64,000 nucleotides of DNA from Octopus sinensis (GCF_006345805.1 NC_043012.1:44888001-44952000), one strand, 5' to 3'. Shown: positions 1-14,179, counted from the first letter of the stretch. Notes: generated by a model from the letters alone, not told the origin. Made by a program: numbers and translations.

Positions 1-613
1 ATCTTCAGAAATCACAAAACCTAGTTGGATTTCTCAGGAGGCCAAGTTTCAAACTCAGCCTATCAAATAGTGTTGTGAACATTGCAATAAATACTCAGAG
101 AACGCAAAGGCAGTGAATAACGATATTCACAAGAAATGCATATATTTGCGTCAATCACAATTTTCTGCATGTCTGCCTGATCATACATACATGCACACAC
201 ATGTGTAAATGTAATGTGTATATGTATTGCATGTATATATACGCTGAATTCTTTCAGTACATTTCTGCATTCCTCTAACGGTAAGAAATCTTTGAGAAGA
301 CGCAAAAATGTGTTGAAACCACTGTACTGTTGTCAGGTATTAGCACATTGATAAAAGAAATAATAACTGCACATATCAATGTATTGAATACATACATAAA
401 TGCATGCCTGCATATACATGTACCCGTTGTTGTTGGTAAATGGTATATATATATATATACATACATACCATTTACCAACAACAGAGGGGGAAAAGATACT
501 TATTTCCTGTCTCTATACGATACCTCGATTTTCCTACTCCGTTCTGTAATCGATAGCCACTACACACATTTTTTTCTCTCCTTGTTTCTCTCCTTGCTTT
601 TTTTTCTGTATCC

Positions 614-649
614 CTTTCTGTAGAAGAGCGTAGGCTCGAAACGTAAAAG
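614..649 (+). ncRNA. Degenerate minimal type I hammerhead of Penelope-like terminal-repeat type
   Basis: CUUU-CUGUAGA-A-GAGC-GUAG-GCUC-GAAA-CG-UA-AAAG. Stem II is perfect and stem III is an ACGU palindrome, but core A6 is changed to U. Confidence 0.5.
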
Positions 650-780
650 ACTTTTTCTATTCCTGAGCGTTATACTAATATATCTGTTTGTTTTGTACAC
701 CACATGGCTTCGTAAACTCTCCCTATATATATATACATACACACATATAAATATATGTATGTATGTATATATATATGTAT

Positions 781-1025
781 ACTAGGTCTGATCAATAAGT
801 ATCCGGATTGTTCTCATAGTAACAAAGCTAAAGCCCGCAGAGTGAAGCCGCTTCCAAAAGATTGACCTTCAACACTGTTGTGCATGCTCACCAAGCTTTA
901 GCGTTGTCGCTCTATTCCGCTGTTTGCCGCAGTGCTTGAAAGGAAGATGTAAAGCGTTTGATCGTCGCATTGACCATGACAGAGTAAGCTGTCATGGTGA
1001 TACCTGCTCAGAATTCTACGCAAAG
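781..1025. mobile_element. Mariner-like terminal fragment or MITE
   Basis: Begins CTAGGTCTGATCAATAAGTATCCGGA, resembling mariner-family TIRs; no transposase seen. Confidence 0.4.
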
Positions 1026-1026
1026 T

Positions 1027-1335
<309 letters not shown>

Positions 1336-1414
1336 TAAATATTTCCTCTAATATGCTGACGAGGCTACCAGCTCTCCGCCCTTTGTTTTATAATTTTGCT
1401 GCAAGATCAGTAAT

Positions 1415-1525
1415 TTCAGTGGATAGAGGTTAGTCGATACCCTCGATCCAGTACTTAACTGGTCGTCATTTTACCGACTCCGAAGGAACCGAAAGCAAAG
1501 TTGTCACCGATATGATTTGAACCAA
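1415..1525 (-). mobile_element. SINE fragment, Nin-domain-like family
   Basis: Degenerate reverse-strand match to the family at 7808-8020 and 61085-61262. Confidence 0.5.
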
Positions 1526-1533
1526 AATAGGTG

Positions 1534-1980
1534 CAGGCGTGGTCATGTGGTAAGACGCTTGTTTCCCAACGACATGGTTCCCACTGTGCGACACCTTGGA
1601 GAAATGTCTCTTACCGACCAAAGCCGTGTGAGTGGATAGACAGAAACTGATAGATAGAAGCTGAATGCCTGTTGTGTGTGTGTGTTTGTGTACGTGTGAG
1701 TGCGCGTGTGTGAGTGTGTGTGAGTGTGCGTGTGTGTGTGCGTGTGTGTGTGCGTGCGCGTGTCTTTCTGTCTGTCAGTACCCTGCCACCGCTTGACAAC
1801 TAGTGTTGGTGTGGTTAAGCCTCCGCAATTTAGCGGTTCGGCAAAAGAGACCGATGGAATAAGTACAAGTGTTAAAAGAAATAAGTACGGGAGTCGATTC
1901 ATTCGACTAAAATTCTTCACTGAAGTGCCCCAGTTTGGTCACAGTCCAATAACTTAATCAGCGGAAATAAAAGTGATGAA
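1534..1980 (+). mobile_element. tRNA-derived octopus-type SINE with internal (GT)n
   Basis: Head GCAGGCGTGG..GTGGTAAGA.GCTTG.TTCCCAAC; body GTAACTTAGCGGTTCGGCAAAAGAGACCGAT-type motif; recurs many times in the window. Confidence 0.8.
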
Positions 1981-3740
1981 AGAGATACAAAGTGTTTATA
2001 GATGCATGTATGTATTCGCGTGGTTGAAATGTGCATCAGTTATATTTAGGTTATCAAATTTAATGCTAAATATTGGCCTCCGCAATATTTGTATGTACGA
2101 GTATTTTGATAAATCTCGGCCAGGAAATGGAACAGTAATATTTGAATAATTCGAGCTGTTGATTTAGAAATTTATGAAGAACTAAGCTCAAGCTAAGATG
2201 CATTGTTGCAAGTCAGAAAATTAGCATAAGAAAATAGCTCGAAGACATTAACGCTTTATTTATTCATTATTGAGATGTTATATTTTTTAGTTTTCGTAAA
2301 TTGATTTTCTTTCCATTTTTTAAAAACTTTTAGGCATTACTTTACAGTTATTAGCTGCGGAATGCGCCTCGTAGCAATGTTTTCTTTTGCGTGAAAACAA
2401 CCCCCTGGGATTATCCTTCGAAACAGCACTGCATGATTTTATTTTACTTAAAGAAAAGCAATTTTGATGCTGTATTTGTATTTGTTTTTCTATTTTTGCA
2501 CAAATTCCGTCTAATACTGCTGATGTTGATGTTAATGAATACGATGATCTTGTTATTGTTCTTAGCATTGCATTTTTACTTGGTGGATGTTATTGTGGAT
2601 TCTTTTCTTCTTGCTATCTTTAATTTAAAAACCGCGCATCTGCTTTGCATTGATGTTTAATATGCAAATGTTGCAAGAAAGCGTTTGGAAAGACTGCTTA
2701 GGGGCAGCCATAGAAATTTCGTACGCTTCAAGAATGTTTATAATAAATATACTAGACATATATTTAATCTGTACGCAAAACATTATCAGCTCTTTATATA
2801 GTGAATCTTAAAGAGAAATTATCTTCTCATATTAGGACTCTACGCAGGTTTCGTATCCTTTTTATTTTTCTCTGAATATTTTCCGCGTAAGATGATTCTT
2901 CACCATTATTATTTCTTGTTAGCATTGTTGTTTATAACTACCTGCTTCGTAATATGATATTATGGAAATAAAAAGAATAAATGAAGTACAATTTCTAACA
3001 GAATTGGATATTCTGCAACGAAATTTACATTAATGGTTGCATAACAGAAATATACATTGCATTAGTTGTTGGCGATTCTATTTGCTTTGCTTCACAAACC
3101 TTTATAATCTGTTTGCTGACTTTGTTTTTAGATATTTTTCGTAGTGGTTCTTGCTATCAGCTGACATATTTCTTATGACGAAATGTTATTAAACACAGCC
3201 TGCAGCCATTGTATAATTCATAGGATTCTTTCATGAACTGCCGAAGTTCATAAAGCAGGTGTTTAGTAAATCGGAGAGAAATCTTCTGTTTCTCTATCAT
3301 AAGTAAGTAAATTCCCTAGATCCAGAATCAATTTTGGCTTGTTGTTTGGCTGCAGGCTTGCCAGCCCAAAGGTAGAGAGTTCGTATCTTTTCAACTGTCG
3401 CTTCCTCTCAGTAGGTATAATTTAAACATAAGCGAATATTTAATCTTGTATGTAACAACCGTTCTGTTTGGTGGTTGTTTCCTTGTTATTGAGTACAGAG
3501 GTGAAATCTCTTCCCAGTTAGAAAAAAAGAGATGAATTTTAGCAGTTATTATCAACAATGTTCTTGGGTCCGTATTGTGGCATATACTCTAGAATAGCAT
3601 TAACCCCCGCCAGAATTCATTTAATTATAGACTATTCCCAAAGGCGGAAACACTTTTCTGTCTATGACACGAAGAGGCCAATGGAAGGAGTCAACCGTGT
3701 TAAATCATCAATTGTCAATAGATACATTATTATTCTAGAT

Positions 3741-3997
3741 CAGTGGTTTTCAAACGGGGTCTATATGGCCCTTGGGGATTCATATAAAATTTTATTGTTA
3801 AAATTTATTTGCAATAAATTGCTTATACAGCTATAATGCACAAAATATTTTAGTATTTTCAAATACAACTCTTAATAATATTTAATTATAAAAATGCTGT
3901 AGGATGTTTTTTATGTACATTGAATGGCTATGGGGCACCAGTAGATTAAAACAGGAATCAAAAGGGTCCATAGGCAAAAACTCATTGGGAACCACTG
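3741..3997. mobile_element. hAT (Charlie-type) MITE
   Basis: TIRs CAGTGGTTTTCAAAC and GGGAACCACTG; 8-bp TSD TTCTAGAT/TTGTAGAT (7/8 identical, central TA). Confidence 0.85.
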
Positions 3998-4359
3998 TTG
4001 TAGATGTATGAAATACAGTTTGAAAACTTTTTCTGATGTTAAAAAAAAGAAACATTTATCTTTTGTAGTGAAAGAGGGAGATATCCAGAGACACAATGCA
4101 ACTATCCAAAATCTTTTAATACATTTAATTAATTCTAAAGTTCGATGTTGTTTTCCTTGCCTCCGTGTCTAGAATTAATCATTAGAAAGTTCCAGTTAGA
4201 AGTATAGGGAAATTTGGAACATGCGAGTGTGAAATCTGTTGGAGGTTAGTGTTATTAAAATCAGTCTAGTGTAGTAGAAACTATTATTGTGAAACTAAGA
4301 AAAAGAAAGGAATAGAGACAGACAGGATATTAAAACCAGATAATCGAGAGATTTAAATG

Positions 4360-4770
4360 ACCACACGACATTGTTGCATAAAGAGCTAGCTATTGTCCTT
4401 CCCAAGCTCTTCAATCTTTCTATCTCTACATGAATAAAATCTTTGAAAACATCCCAAATAGCGTTCATATTCAACATACCCAAACAGCTATCGGTCTTTA
4501 ATTCTGACTCCAGTTTCTCAAAAGGTTACAATCAGTTGTTAAGAGTTACTATCTCCAATATTTTGAATAATTTCCAAACCACAAGTATCTGATGTATCTA
4601 ATGGGAATATGCTCGTATATGTCTTTCACTAGATGTCCCAGACCCTTGAGAACTTAATCGAGAACAATTTTGATATGCATGAATAAAATAAAGCGTTCAG
4701 TTGTGTCCGTCACTAAAGTTACTTCTCTAAACTACCGGCCTATCGACGTTATTCCGTCATATCCCTTTCT
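4360..4770 (+). pseudogene. Degenerate CR1/L2/Jockey-group LINE RT N-terminal fragment
   Basis: Translates ELAIVLPKLFNLSIST and later LNYRPIDVIP (cf. NYRPISL); multiple stops and frameshifts. Confidence 0.55.
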
Positions 4771-5619
4771 CTCTCTCTTTCGGTTGGAAGCTTCCCATTA
4801 CACACACCTGGTAGCATCGACCTCTCTCCCCTCTCTTTTTCTCCTCCCTCTTTTTCTCCCCACCACTCTCTTTCTCTTTGATTATGATTGTAAAGCGCCA
4901 GTTATTAGCTTTGAATTTTATAAGAAGAATTATCTAAGTATTTTAATGATATTTTATTACTATTGTATATTGTGTAGATGATTAAGGTATGACTTATGAA
5001 ATACTGTTTCCAATATAGAGCATAAATACTATTCCTCGGATTACATAACAGCTGACAGTTGTATCAAAGCATTAGCTCTGAATTCAGCAGAGGTTGGCAG
5101 GAGTCTAAGCAGTAAATTTCAATTTTGTGTGCTTCAAAAGCACAACGTAAAAGCAACTGGAGAAATTTAACTGCACTAGAAACATCATTGATGCCATGAA
5201 AACCTGGGAGATTTATTATGGCTACCACAAAGAAAAACACATTATGGGATATGTAAAAAAATAAATCACTTCTTAAACTATAAGATGGCGTCGCTCAGCT
5301 TTGTCGAGTCTCAAGTAAATGAAGGTTTTTCCGATTACTGAAGTAGAGGCAATAGAAGTCATACAATCTAAGATTGTTCTACACTCTTTATGAGAGCGAT
5401 GAATCAATTCTAGATCGAACGCGGTGGTCTGAAGACTCCACATTGTTGGATCTAGAATTCATTCATCGCCCACAATTCATTCAAGATAAATAGATTAGTT
5501 AATCGATACAAGTATGCGCTTTCAGTCTGGTATCATTGAGCTATATTGATCTGATAGCAATATTAGCACTGGAAATCCAAGCGAAAACTTGTGATGCTGT
5601 CAGCCATGCACACTGATTA

Positions 5620-5920
5620 TAGGCCCATCATTTGGGATGCTACATGCTGAGACAACTTCTCCAGCGACAACCTTGTGTGTTCGGCTTCAAACCCAGGCTT
5701 CGCAGCTTGTCAAGTCGAGAAGGGCAACATGTCAGATTATCAGCCGCTCTTTGACAGATTTGTGGTCGAGCCTGTGGTAGTGGAGATCTCCGGTGTTCTT
5801 GGCCCTGGACTGCTCACTGCTATCGGGGAAGAGATGGCTGTCTGCAGATGCGAGCCCCGTAAGTCGGAATGCCTATGAAACCGCTCGACAGAACTGAACC
5901 AGAAATTACGTGCTTCGAAG
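5620..5920 (+). pseudogene. CRE-clade-like non-LTR retrotransposon C-terminal restriction-like endonuclease remnant
   Basis: Frame from 5633 reads WDATC*DNFSSDNLVCSASNPGFAACQVEKGNMSDYQPLFDRFVVEPVVVEISGVLGPG..GEEMAVCRCEPRKSECL, matching the WDATC..D..A.S / KY..L / F.P.A.ET.G..GP pattern. Confidence 0.62.
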
Positions 5921-6034
5921 CGAACTTCTCGACTAATTCGTTATGAGTGCACGTCAATGTTAACTTTTTCTCATAAAGGACTTCACTCAACGTATAAGCA
6001 AGCACAAACGCAGGCAGACATTTACACGCATAAG

Positions 6035-6087
<53 letters not shown>

Positions 6088-6532
6088 CACATACATATAG
6101 ATTTAAAAGCAGTTTCTATCTACAAAATTCCGCTAACGAGGCCGTAGTTATCCTGAGGCCAGTAATGGCCACAGAATAACCACAGGGTCGAACGAGAAAT
6201 GGAATAAAGAAGCGCCACGCTGCGTGATCGAACTTGAGACTACGTTGCTGCGGAAAGAACTTCTTAAACGCTTAGCGATGCCTGCATTTCTCTCTCTCTT
6301 TCTCATTCTCTCTCTCTCTCTCCCTTCACACACACACCACATAGAACCAATTGTATAAATAATTTACACATAGACATGTCTTATGGATCATTCCGTTGCA
6401 TCTGCACGTGTGCGTAAATAACGCAGAAACCATACAACTTCGCACGCACAAATATGCCCTACCAAATACAAATATATGTGTTTAATTTCAAGTATAGAAG
6501 TGTGTTTTTATTTCTGTGTGTGCGTGTGTGTA

Positions 6533-6563
<31 letters not shown>

Positions 6564-6710
6564 TGTGTGTGTGTGTTTGTATAAGTACATAAATATGTAC
6601 AGAAATATTGATCTTTATGTTAATTAAATATGTATAGATTTGAATACATACATTCGCGTGTGTATTTTCTCTCTCCCTCTATGTACACACACACGAACAC
6701 GCACACACTT

Positions 6711-6788
<78 letters not shown>

Positions 6789-7807
6789 GATGAAAGAGAG
6801 CTGTATATATATATATATATGTCATATATCCATTTATTTATAAACGCATATATATGTGTGTGTGAGTGTATACACATATATACACACATATATGTTTGTG
6901 TATGTGCGTATGTGAATGTATGTGTATATGGTTATACTATGACCTACATATATATATCTACGCAACTTTTTCTCTACTTCTTTGTATGCAACTGTGTACA
7001 CACACACACACACAGACAGACACACACGCGCGCACGCATATATTTGAATTTTATGTGCAAATTTCATGGAACATCTATGTTTAAGGAACATCTATGTATT
7101 GCCTGGGGCAATTCTTTCCAGCATCTAATCAATGTTGACCAGTTATGCTCGCCGAAGGCGAAACACCTCCTGCCTATGCGAAAGCTGGTTCTAATGAAGA
7201 GAAGATTGCACACACTAATCCACTCTTAAGGTTAAGGTTCAAGCAAATAATGAGGTGAAATATCAAACCTAATATATTAAATATATGTTGGCGAAGATGG
7301 TGATATTTATGGCGCTGATGATGATGGAATAAATAATGATTTCTAAGTTTACCATAAGACCACTTATTGCAGGGGAGGTTTGTAGTCAACTTAATCGACC
7401 TCCATACTTGACTGATACTTATTTTATCAATGTTTGAGAAATGAAGGACATACTCGTCTTCGTTGGATTCGAACGTAAATTGATATAATTCTCTACGATA
7501 GAGTATTTAGTATAATCTTTTAACTGATTACACCACAGTAGCTTCTTGATAACTATGATATTCTCTTCTTCTTTATGTCATTACTAAAAGCGTTGGTGTT
7601 CATGGATCTCTACGCAATTCGTTTCCACACACAACATGTAATTAGGTTCTTCTTCAGTCAACTGCTAAAACCATCGGGCATCTTCTCCATACGTGTGTGC
7701 TTTATCGTGTTCTTCTTCCCTTCGCTTAGCTAGTTGTCACCATATGTTCAAGGCTTTGTTTTCTCATATAATGTCCGCCTTAAATATCATTAATATTACT
7801 GTAAAGT

Positions 7808-8020
7808 CGGTGAGCTGGCAGAACCGTTAGCATGGCAGGTGACATGCTTAGCTTCATTTCGTCCATTTTTACGTTCAGGGTTCAAATACCGCTGGGATCG
7901 ACTTTGCCTTTCATCCTTTCGAGGTCGATAAAATAAGTACGAGTTGAACACTGGGGTCGACATAATCGACTTACTCCCTCCTCCGAACTTGCTGGTTTTG
8001 TGTCAAACCATGAAATCAAT
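7808..8020 (+). mobile_element. tRNA-derived SINE with Nin-domain-like core
   Basis: Contains GACTTTGCCTTTCATCCTTTCGAGGTCGATAAAATAAGTAC and CACTGGGGTCGA..TAATCGAC. Confidence 0.75.
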
Positions 8021-8186
8021 ATTACTGTAAGGGGTGGACGATTAGTGATCGCAAGGGTGTCGTACAAAAAACGTCTTTCAGTGTTTCTTCCAGCTCTTTG
8101 CATTCTTAGTCCAAATTAGTCCAAATTAGAATTCCGCAAATTAGGTACTCTAAAGCCTGTTGGAAGGACGGGGGTCCGTGTGAGCG

Positions 8187-8368
8187 TGCGGTAAAATGTT
8201 AAGTTACTTAAAAAAAAAACCGAGAAAATAACACAAGAAAAAACAACAACGCGTGGTCGTGGTATATATATATATAAATAAATATATATGTACCACGTCC
8301 ACGCGTTGTTGTTTTTTCTTGTGTTATTTTCTCCGTTTTTTCTTTAAGTAACTTAACTTTTTACCGCA
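8187..8368. repeat. Long inverted repeat: 78-bp arms, 26-bp AT-rich spacer
   Basis: 8187-8264 is the reverse complement of 8291-8368 with about 4 mismatches. Confidence 0.9.
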
Positions 8369-8579
8369 TTATTTTTACCCTCATTATATATATATATATA
8401 TAATGAAGGTAAAATTAATATTACTTAAATTAACATCAATTTAAACCAGTGGCCTAGCATATTTTAAAAAATCGGAAGATTCAGAAAAATTATATTGCAT
8501 ACATATAAGAGGAATGACCACTAGGTGAACTCCTAATATGCTAGAGGTAGAACCCAAATGGTCTGACCACACACACACA

Positions 8580-8624
<45 letters not shown>

Positions 8625-9234
8625 GTGTGTGTGTGTGTGTTGAAATCTAACTTATTTTTGGATATATAGAAAATATACATACTAAGATCTAAGATCACAT
8701 TTGATTGCAGATAATGCATTTTGGGATCCAGCCGAAATTTATTTTTAGCGATTAAGGTTTTTCTGGAGAATAAAATACGACTTATATTTGAATTCTAATG
8801 TCTTTTGATTCGATACGTTAAATGAATTGAAGAAATTGATGTGTTGTGGCTTTCACGTGGATCATGGCGCTTAATATATTTCTCTTTGGGTTATTAAGCA
8901 TTCGAAAGCGTTCGGCAAAAAAGTCAGGCTGGAGCTATATTTGAGTTTCACATATTTTTGACATTTCTATAATATTGGAAAGTATGTTGATTATCTAGAA
9001 CAATTTGCGAGTCATTTTTTCATTTAGGTACAGACTATGTAGAAGGCACATGCAGCCCTGTGTCTATACAGAACTGAAATGAATTTAAGTGATAATGAAT
9101 ATGAGATGCGTAGTTAAAAAGCAAAAGAAATAATCGTTGTTACTGCTGTCCTTTCGAGATAAATGCATTATTTTGAAAGTAATACCTGTCTCTAAGATAT
9201 TGGTTTCAAATTTTGTTACAAGATCAGCAGTTTG

Positions 9235-9410
9235 GGAAAGATGAGGTAAATCGATTACTTCGACCCAAGTATTCAACTGCTACTTATTTTATCGACCCTG
9301 AAAAGTAAAGTCAACCTCGGCAGCATTTGAACTTAGAACGTATAGAAGGATGAAATGCCGCCAAGCATTTTGCCCGGCGTTCTAACGATTCTGCCAGCTT
9401 GATGCCTTGT
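9235..9410 (-). mobile_element. Nin-domain-like SINE
   Basis: Reverse-strand TTTATCGACCC..AAAGTCAACCTCGGC..ATTTGAACT. Confidence 0.7.
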
Positions 9411-10182
9411 CTTTTTTTAAAGATATTAACTGCTAAATTAAATGGTTTCAACCGAGAATCGAAACCGAATTATAAAGTCGTCATATCGGGTAGTTTACCC
9501 GTTACTCTGCAACACATTCTATTTTTTGTTTTGAAATATTGGCCACTATTAGAATCTGACAGAAAAACGTGAGAGATTGAAATATTGGTAGCTACTTGCA
9601 AACAACTATAAAATATTGGTGTCTATTGACTGTTTTACATAAAACTATGGTTTACTACAGATGTTTATCAAAATATTATTACAGAAGTATATATCTTAAA
9701 TATTTTCTATGATATAAATTACACGATACAATACAGAACACAAAAACAAAAACAAAATAAAAATTAATGACGAGATAAAAATAATAAAAATACGAAAAAA
9801 ACCCAACAAAATAAGCAAAGAAAAAAACCAGACCAATTTCTATGACAGCAATATTCCTCTAAGTATTTCTTTTCATTTTTAAAGACTCTTCTTTCTTGGA
9901 CACAGGTCAGAGTATGTCGTTGAAATGACTATAGTGAACAAATCAAGGCAAAATTTTCAAATGGCTTTTGCCATAAATACGACCATAAAATGTGTTAGCA
10001 ATCGATGAAAACGAAATAAATTTGACATTAAGTTAGTGTAAGATGTTTGCCAGTATGGTGCTTACATTGGAAAAAAAAATGCAAACAAAACGAAAAATAA
10101 GATGATAAAATACGCTACGCTCAAGGTTATGTTAACTTGTGTCTATTGACAATATATTTTTATGTTAGCTTTGCTATATTTG

Positions 10183-10224
<42 letters not shown>

Positions 10225-10444
10225 CAAATATATATATATTTATGCTAAATGAAGGAAAAAACAAAACGCATCGTGTATATATGTATGTATAAACGCTTCT
10301 AAGCCAAGTGCGTGCACATATCTTTGTGTGTGTGTGTGTATATACAAAATAAACACATACACACAGGCACGTGTGAGTATATGTATTCATAGATATATAC
10401 CTATAAAACATACATACACACATGTATATGAAAATGTGCATTAA

Positions 10445-10518
<74 letters not shown>

Positions 10519-11478
10519 TATATATACCTTTATATATATATCTGTATGTATATGTGTGTATATATTGAATTACAAATATGCATATTGATGTTTGTGTATA
10601 CATGTAATCATGCATTACATACACGTATGCATATAGTATTTATATGCATTTTTATATATTTGAAGATGTATGTGCGTGTGTATTTGCATATATGTATAAA
10701 AATATATAAATATACATATACACCTATGTATATGTATGTACACACACACTCACACACACACACACACGCACACACATCGTTATGTTTTATATATACAAAT
10801 TGTTACTGTATTTTTTAAATCCATTTCTATAATTTGCCGTTTCCGAACTAAATTTATTGTTAAAAGTTGATGTTAAAGAATTGCGTGAACATCAATGTTT
10901 CATTTTGTTTGTATTTCCTGTTGTATTTTTAGTTCAATATTTCTCTTCTTTATTTGCAACACGATTCAGCAGACAAATTTTATAGTTTTTTGTCTGTAAT
11001 TTTCAATATTACTTTATGTTTTTTCGTTTTGCTTTCCGGTTTGTAATTCCAAGAACGTAACGTAGGAAGCAAACGGCGCAGTATTTATAAGACTGTGACT
11101 GAACCAGTGTAAATATGTGTTCATGTGAAGGAATGTTTGAATGTGAGGTATATGTGACTGAGTTATGGTTCAATTTGTATGGCAAATATTTTCGCATATT
11201 TATATATGTATGAATGTTTGAATGTATAGATGTATGTATAAGCGCATGTGTGAATGCTAAACACGCAATATGCGCAATATGCATAACAATCAGGTGGGCT
11301 TTTTGAGAACTGCTTCATGAAAATCATAAGGCTAGAAAACTAGATAAACAGGCGCGTTTTGCTGGCTTTCTCAGTTTCTTATTGAAGTTTGTTTTAGAAA
11401 TCTTTTGGATTTTGTTACAAGCAACTGACAAAATATTCCTACGTATATAGTTACGTCTGTCTGCCTGTCTATATACGT

Positions 11479-11522
<44 letters not shown>

Positions 11523-13476
11523 ACACACACACATACACACACACACACACACGCACACACACACAAGCACAGAGACTTTCGTCGTAGTCAAAAGGTTGAA
11601 TAGGAATAGTGACTTGAAAGTTTCGGCCAGGTACATTTGAGTTCATCTTGGTTTTCTAATGTTCTAATTTAAGTTCACTCACCTACACACACATACACCC
11701 ACGCACACGCACACACCCACACGCACACACATACACACATACACATAAGGCAAAAAGATGGAGAACTAACCTGGCTTAAAATGTTATTTAATCACTTATC
11801 TTATTTGTTACAATTATGTTTTATAATAGCCGACACACCTAATATACATACATAATTACAGAAGTTTAAATACTGGACTTAATTCTGAACTTTAACCCTC
11901 ACATTCTTAACATGAAAGGCTAAATCTCCCATTTGTATCCAAATAAAACCAATAACAATTAAACCTAGTGACACATCTACTGACCAACAAACCCCTTCAC
12001 CTGCCTGCATTCATTTGTGGACCTCTAAGAGACAATCCCATGGTCTGAAGCTAACACACCTAAATAGACACACTTTGTTACATGCATGAATGAATTCTGA
12101 ATGATAGTACAATCCCAAATATAGTCAATTAGAAAGTATCGTAGCGCACCTCCATCACAACGTACCTTACAACCAAATTTTCACGTAACAAAGCCTCGCT
12201 TAAAGTAGAAAACTTCAACTTAACGGAGACTCTATTTACAGCGAAGATCATCTCACATGTACCACAATCCGATTATGGCTTAGCTGCCCAAAGCTTCGAA
12301 GTCACTATCAATACTATTCTTCTTGAAGAATAATAAACTTATAGTCTAATATAATATTGAGTAATCCTTCAGTTTATTGTAAAATTGTTTTTATAACTTA
12401 ACATAAAGCAAATACACACACACGTGCAAACACAGTCACACATACACACGCACCCACTCACATATTTATGTTTACAATGCACACATACATATATATTTAA
12501 CAGATGGAAAGCGTCACAGTGTTTTGAAATGCGACTAAGAAAGAAAGTACTCGGTACTGTGATATAGAGTAGACTAATTATTATTCAAGACTGAGTTTAT
12601 GTAATTCGCATCTCGAAGTTTCTCTTTTGCTAATTCTAAGTAACACGTTTGCATGTCCGACTGATACAAAACGGAATTATACTAAAACATTAATTTATAC
12701 AGTTTGGCAGATTTCATTCTCTAAACTGGCACATTGCTGAGACTAGATTGACAATTACACAGACATATTATAATCGTGAAACTGCATAAGTACTATGTAC
12801 TTATGTGATTATGACTCAAAACTATATACTTTTGATATACTAGGATAACAAATAAACGAATACTGGAAACTTTTCTGCAAAATCCTGAAAAAACGTATTC
12901 ACTCTGTATTTTGTTGTTATGTTCAATTATATTTATATAGGAGTGATTTGTTCCTCCAGAGCAGCAAAGCAGGATGATATGCCGGGATATTTTACAACGT
13001 CGCGCAATATCTTCCATTGTGTCATTATCAGATTTTGCCGAGTTATTTCTACATTGAAACTGTACGTTACTTATACTTTTGCTAATTTCCACGAATATTA
13101 TTCCCCTTCAGTTGGTAGAGTAAGTAGTATTTTCTTCGAGAAGTTATGCTATATTCTCATCAAGTCAAGCTTTTGTCACCCAGTTTTCTTAAAAAGATGT
13201 TTTTGACATGAAAGGTTTTACTATACTTGGTGTAACCCAATCGCGTGTCTTATTGCTATGTGGAGTTGTTGATTAATTTGAAGTGAAATCTTAAATCCCC
13301 AACGTATCTGATTTTGTAGAGCGAGATTTACAGCTTCTATAGTTTGTTTCAGTGTACTGGGATATTCTGTTTCACCAGCACAGAATTATGAAGTAACAAT
13401 TATTGTGTAAAATATGTGGCAGACACAGCTCAAAAAGTTGTCTTTCTTTGTGATCTCATTCAAGCAAAGAGAAATG

Positions 13477-13560
13477 CAGTGTTTAGGCATAAGCGAAGAT
13501 TAGATTAGTTAAAATATGTTTGTGACGTATTTCAACCTTTAAAAGCAAATTTACCGTGGA
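13477..13560. mobile_element. Fragment of the MITE family at 53051-53363
   Basis: CAGTGTTTAGGCATAAGC..TTAGATTAGTTAAAATATG.TTGTGACGTATTTCAAC matches the reverse complement of ~53290-53350. Confidence 0.65.
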
Positions 13561-14179
13561 TAAATAATGTTCTCTTTTGGTAAAAAGGTGTAAAAAAACC
13601 ATATCCGCCCAGTACTGCCCCTATCAGATTCCCAGACGCGTTCCTAGCTCTTTAGCCGTTCTCAATGGGAAATACCTAAGAGAGGTGAGTGTGTTTATAT
13701 GAATATATATGCGCTCGCTCATAAACACACGTATGTATGTAAGTAAATATATGGAAGTAATTACTAAACTTCCTCAGTATTTGTTAAACTGGTGTACATA
13801 TGTTGCGATTTAGCTTTTAACTGTCGCATACATTCTGTAATATAATTCACTCCGTTCAAAAATGCGGAATCTTTTAGACAGATTATGCTCGACTTATTTC
13901 TTTGAGGGACCATCAACTATAACAAATAGCTTGGGTCAAAGGGGTTTTTGTATTTCAAATTTTAATAGGTCATTTAAACTACATACAAAAAACCCCCTTT
14001 ATTCACTAAATATATCTCATGTTCTATTGTCTATTGCTAACGCTGTACCAGAAGCTCAATTCCACGCTTATAGCATCTGGTTAGTTTAGAGGTAAAACCT
14101 CCCTGTTTCCGTTTTTAGCCTTGTCCACAATGCTGAACCTCGTTCCATGTAGGAAAAGACCTACCTTCAGACCTTGCAC

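Noticed and set aside
2240-2840. ORFs at 2320-2660 as a gene or retroelement ORF
   Set aside because: Low-information composition and no diagnostic motif.
3000-3500. Coding-looking minus-strand stretch (EKIRTLYLWAGKPAAK..., FLSDLLNTCF)
   Set aside because: No recognisable family and in-frame stops; cannot be supported without BLASTX.
12790-13260. Possible LINE endonuclease remnant (ORF 12793-13092 and neighbouring frames)
   Set aside because: Only a vague resemblance; the catalytic motifs are absent.
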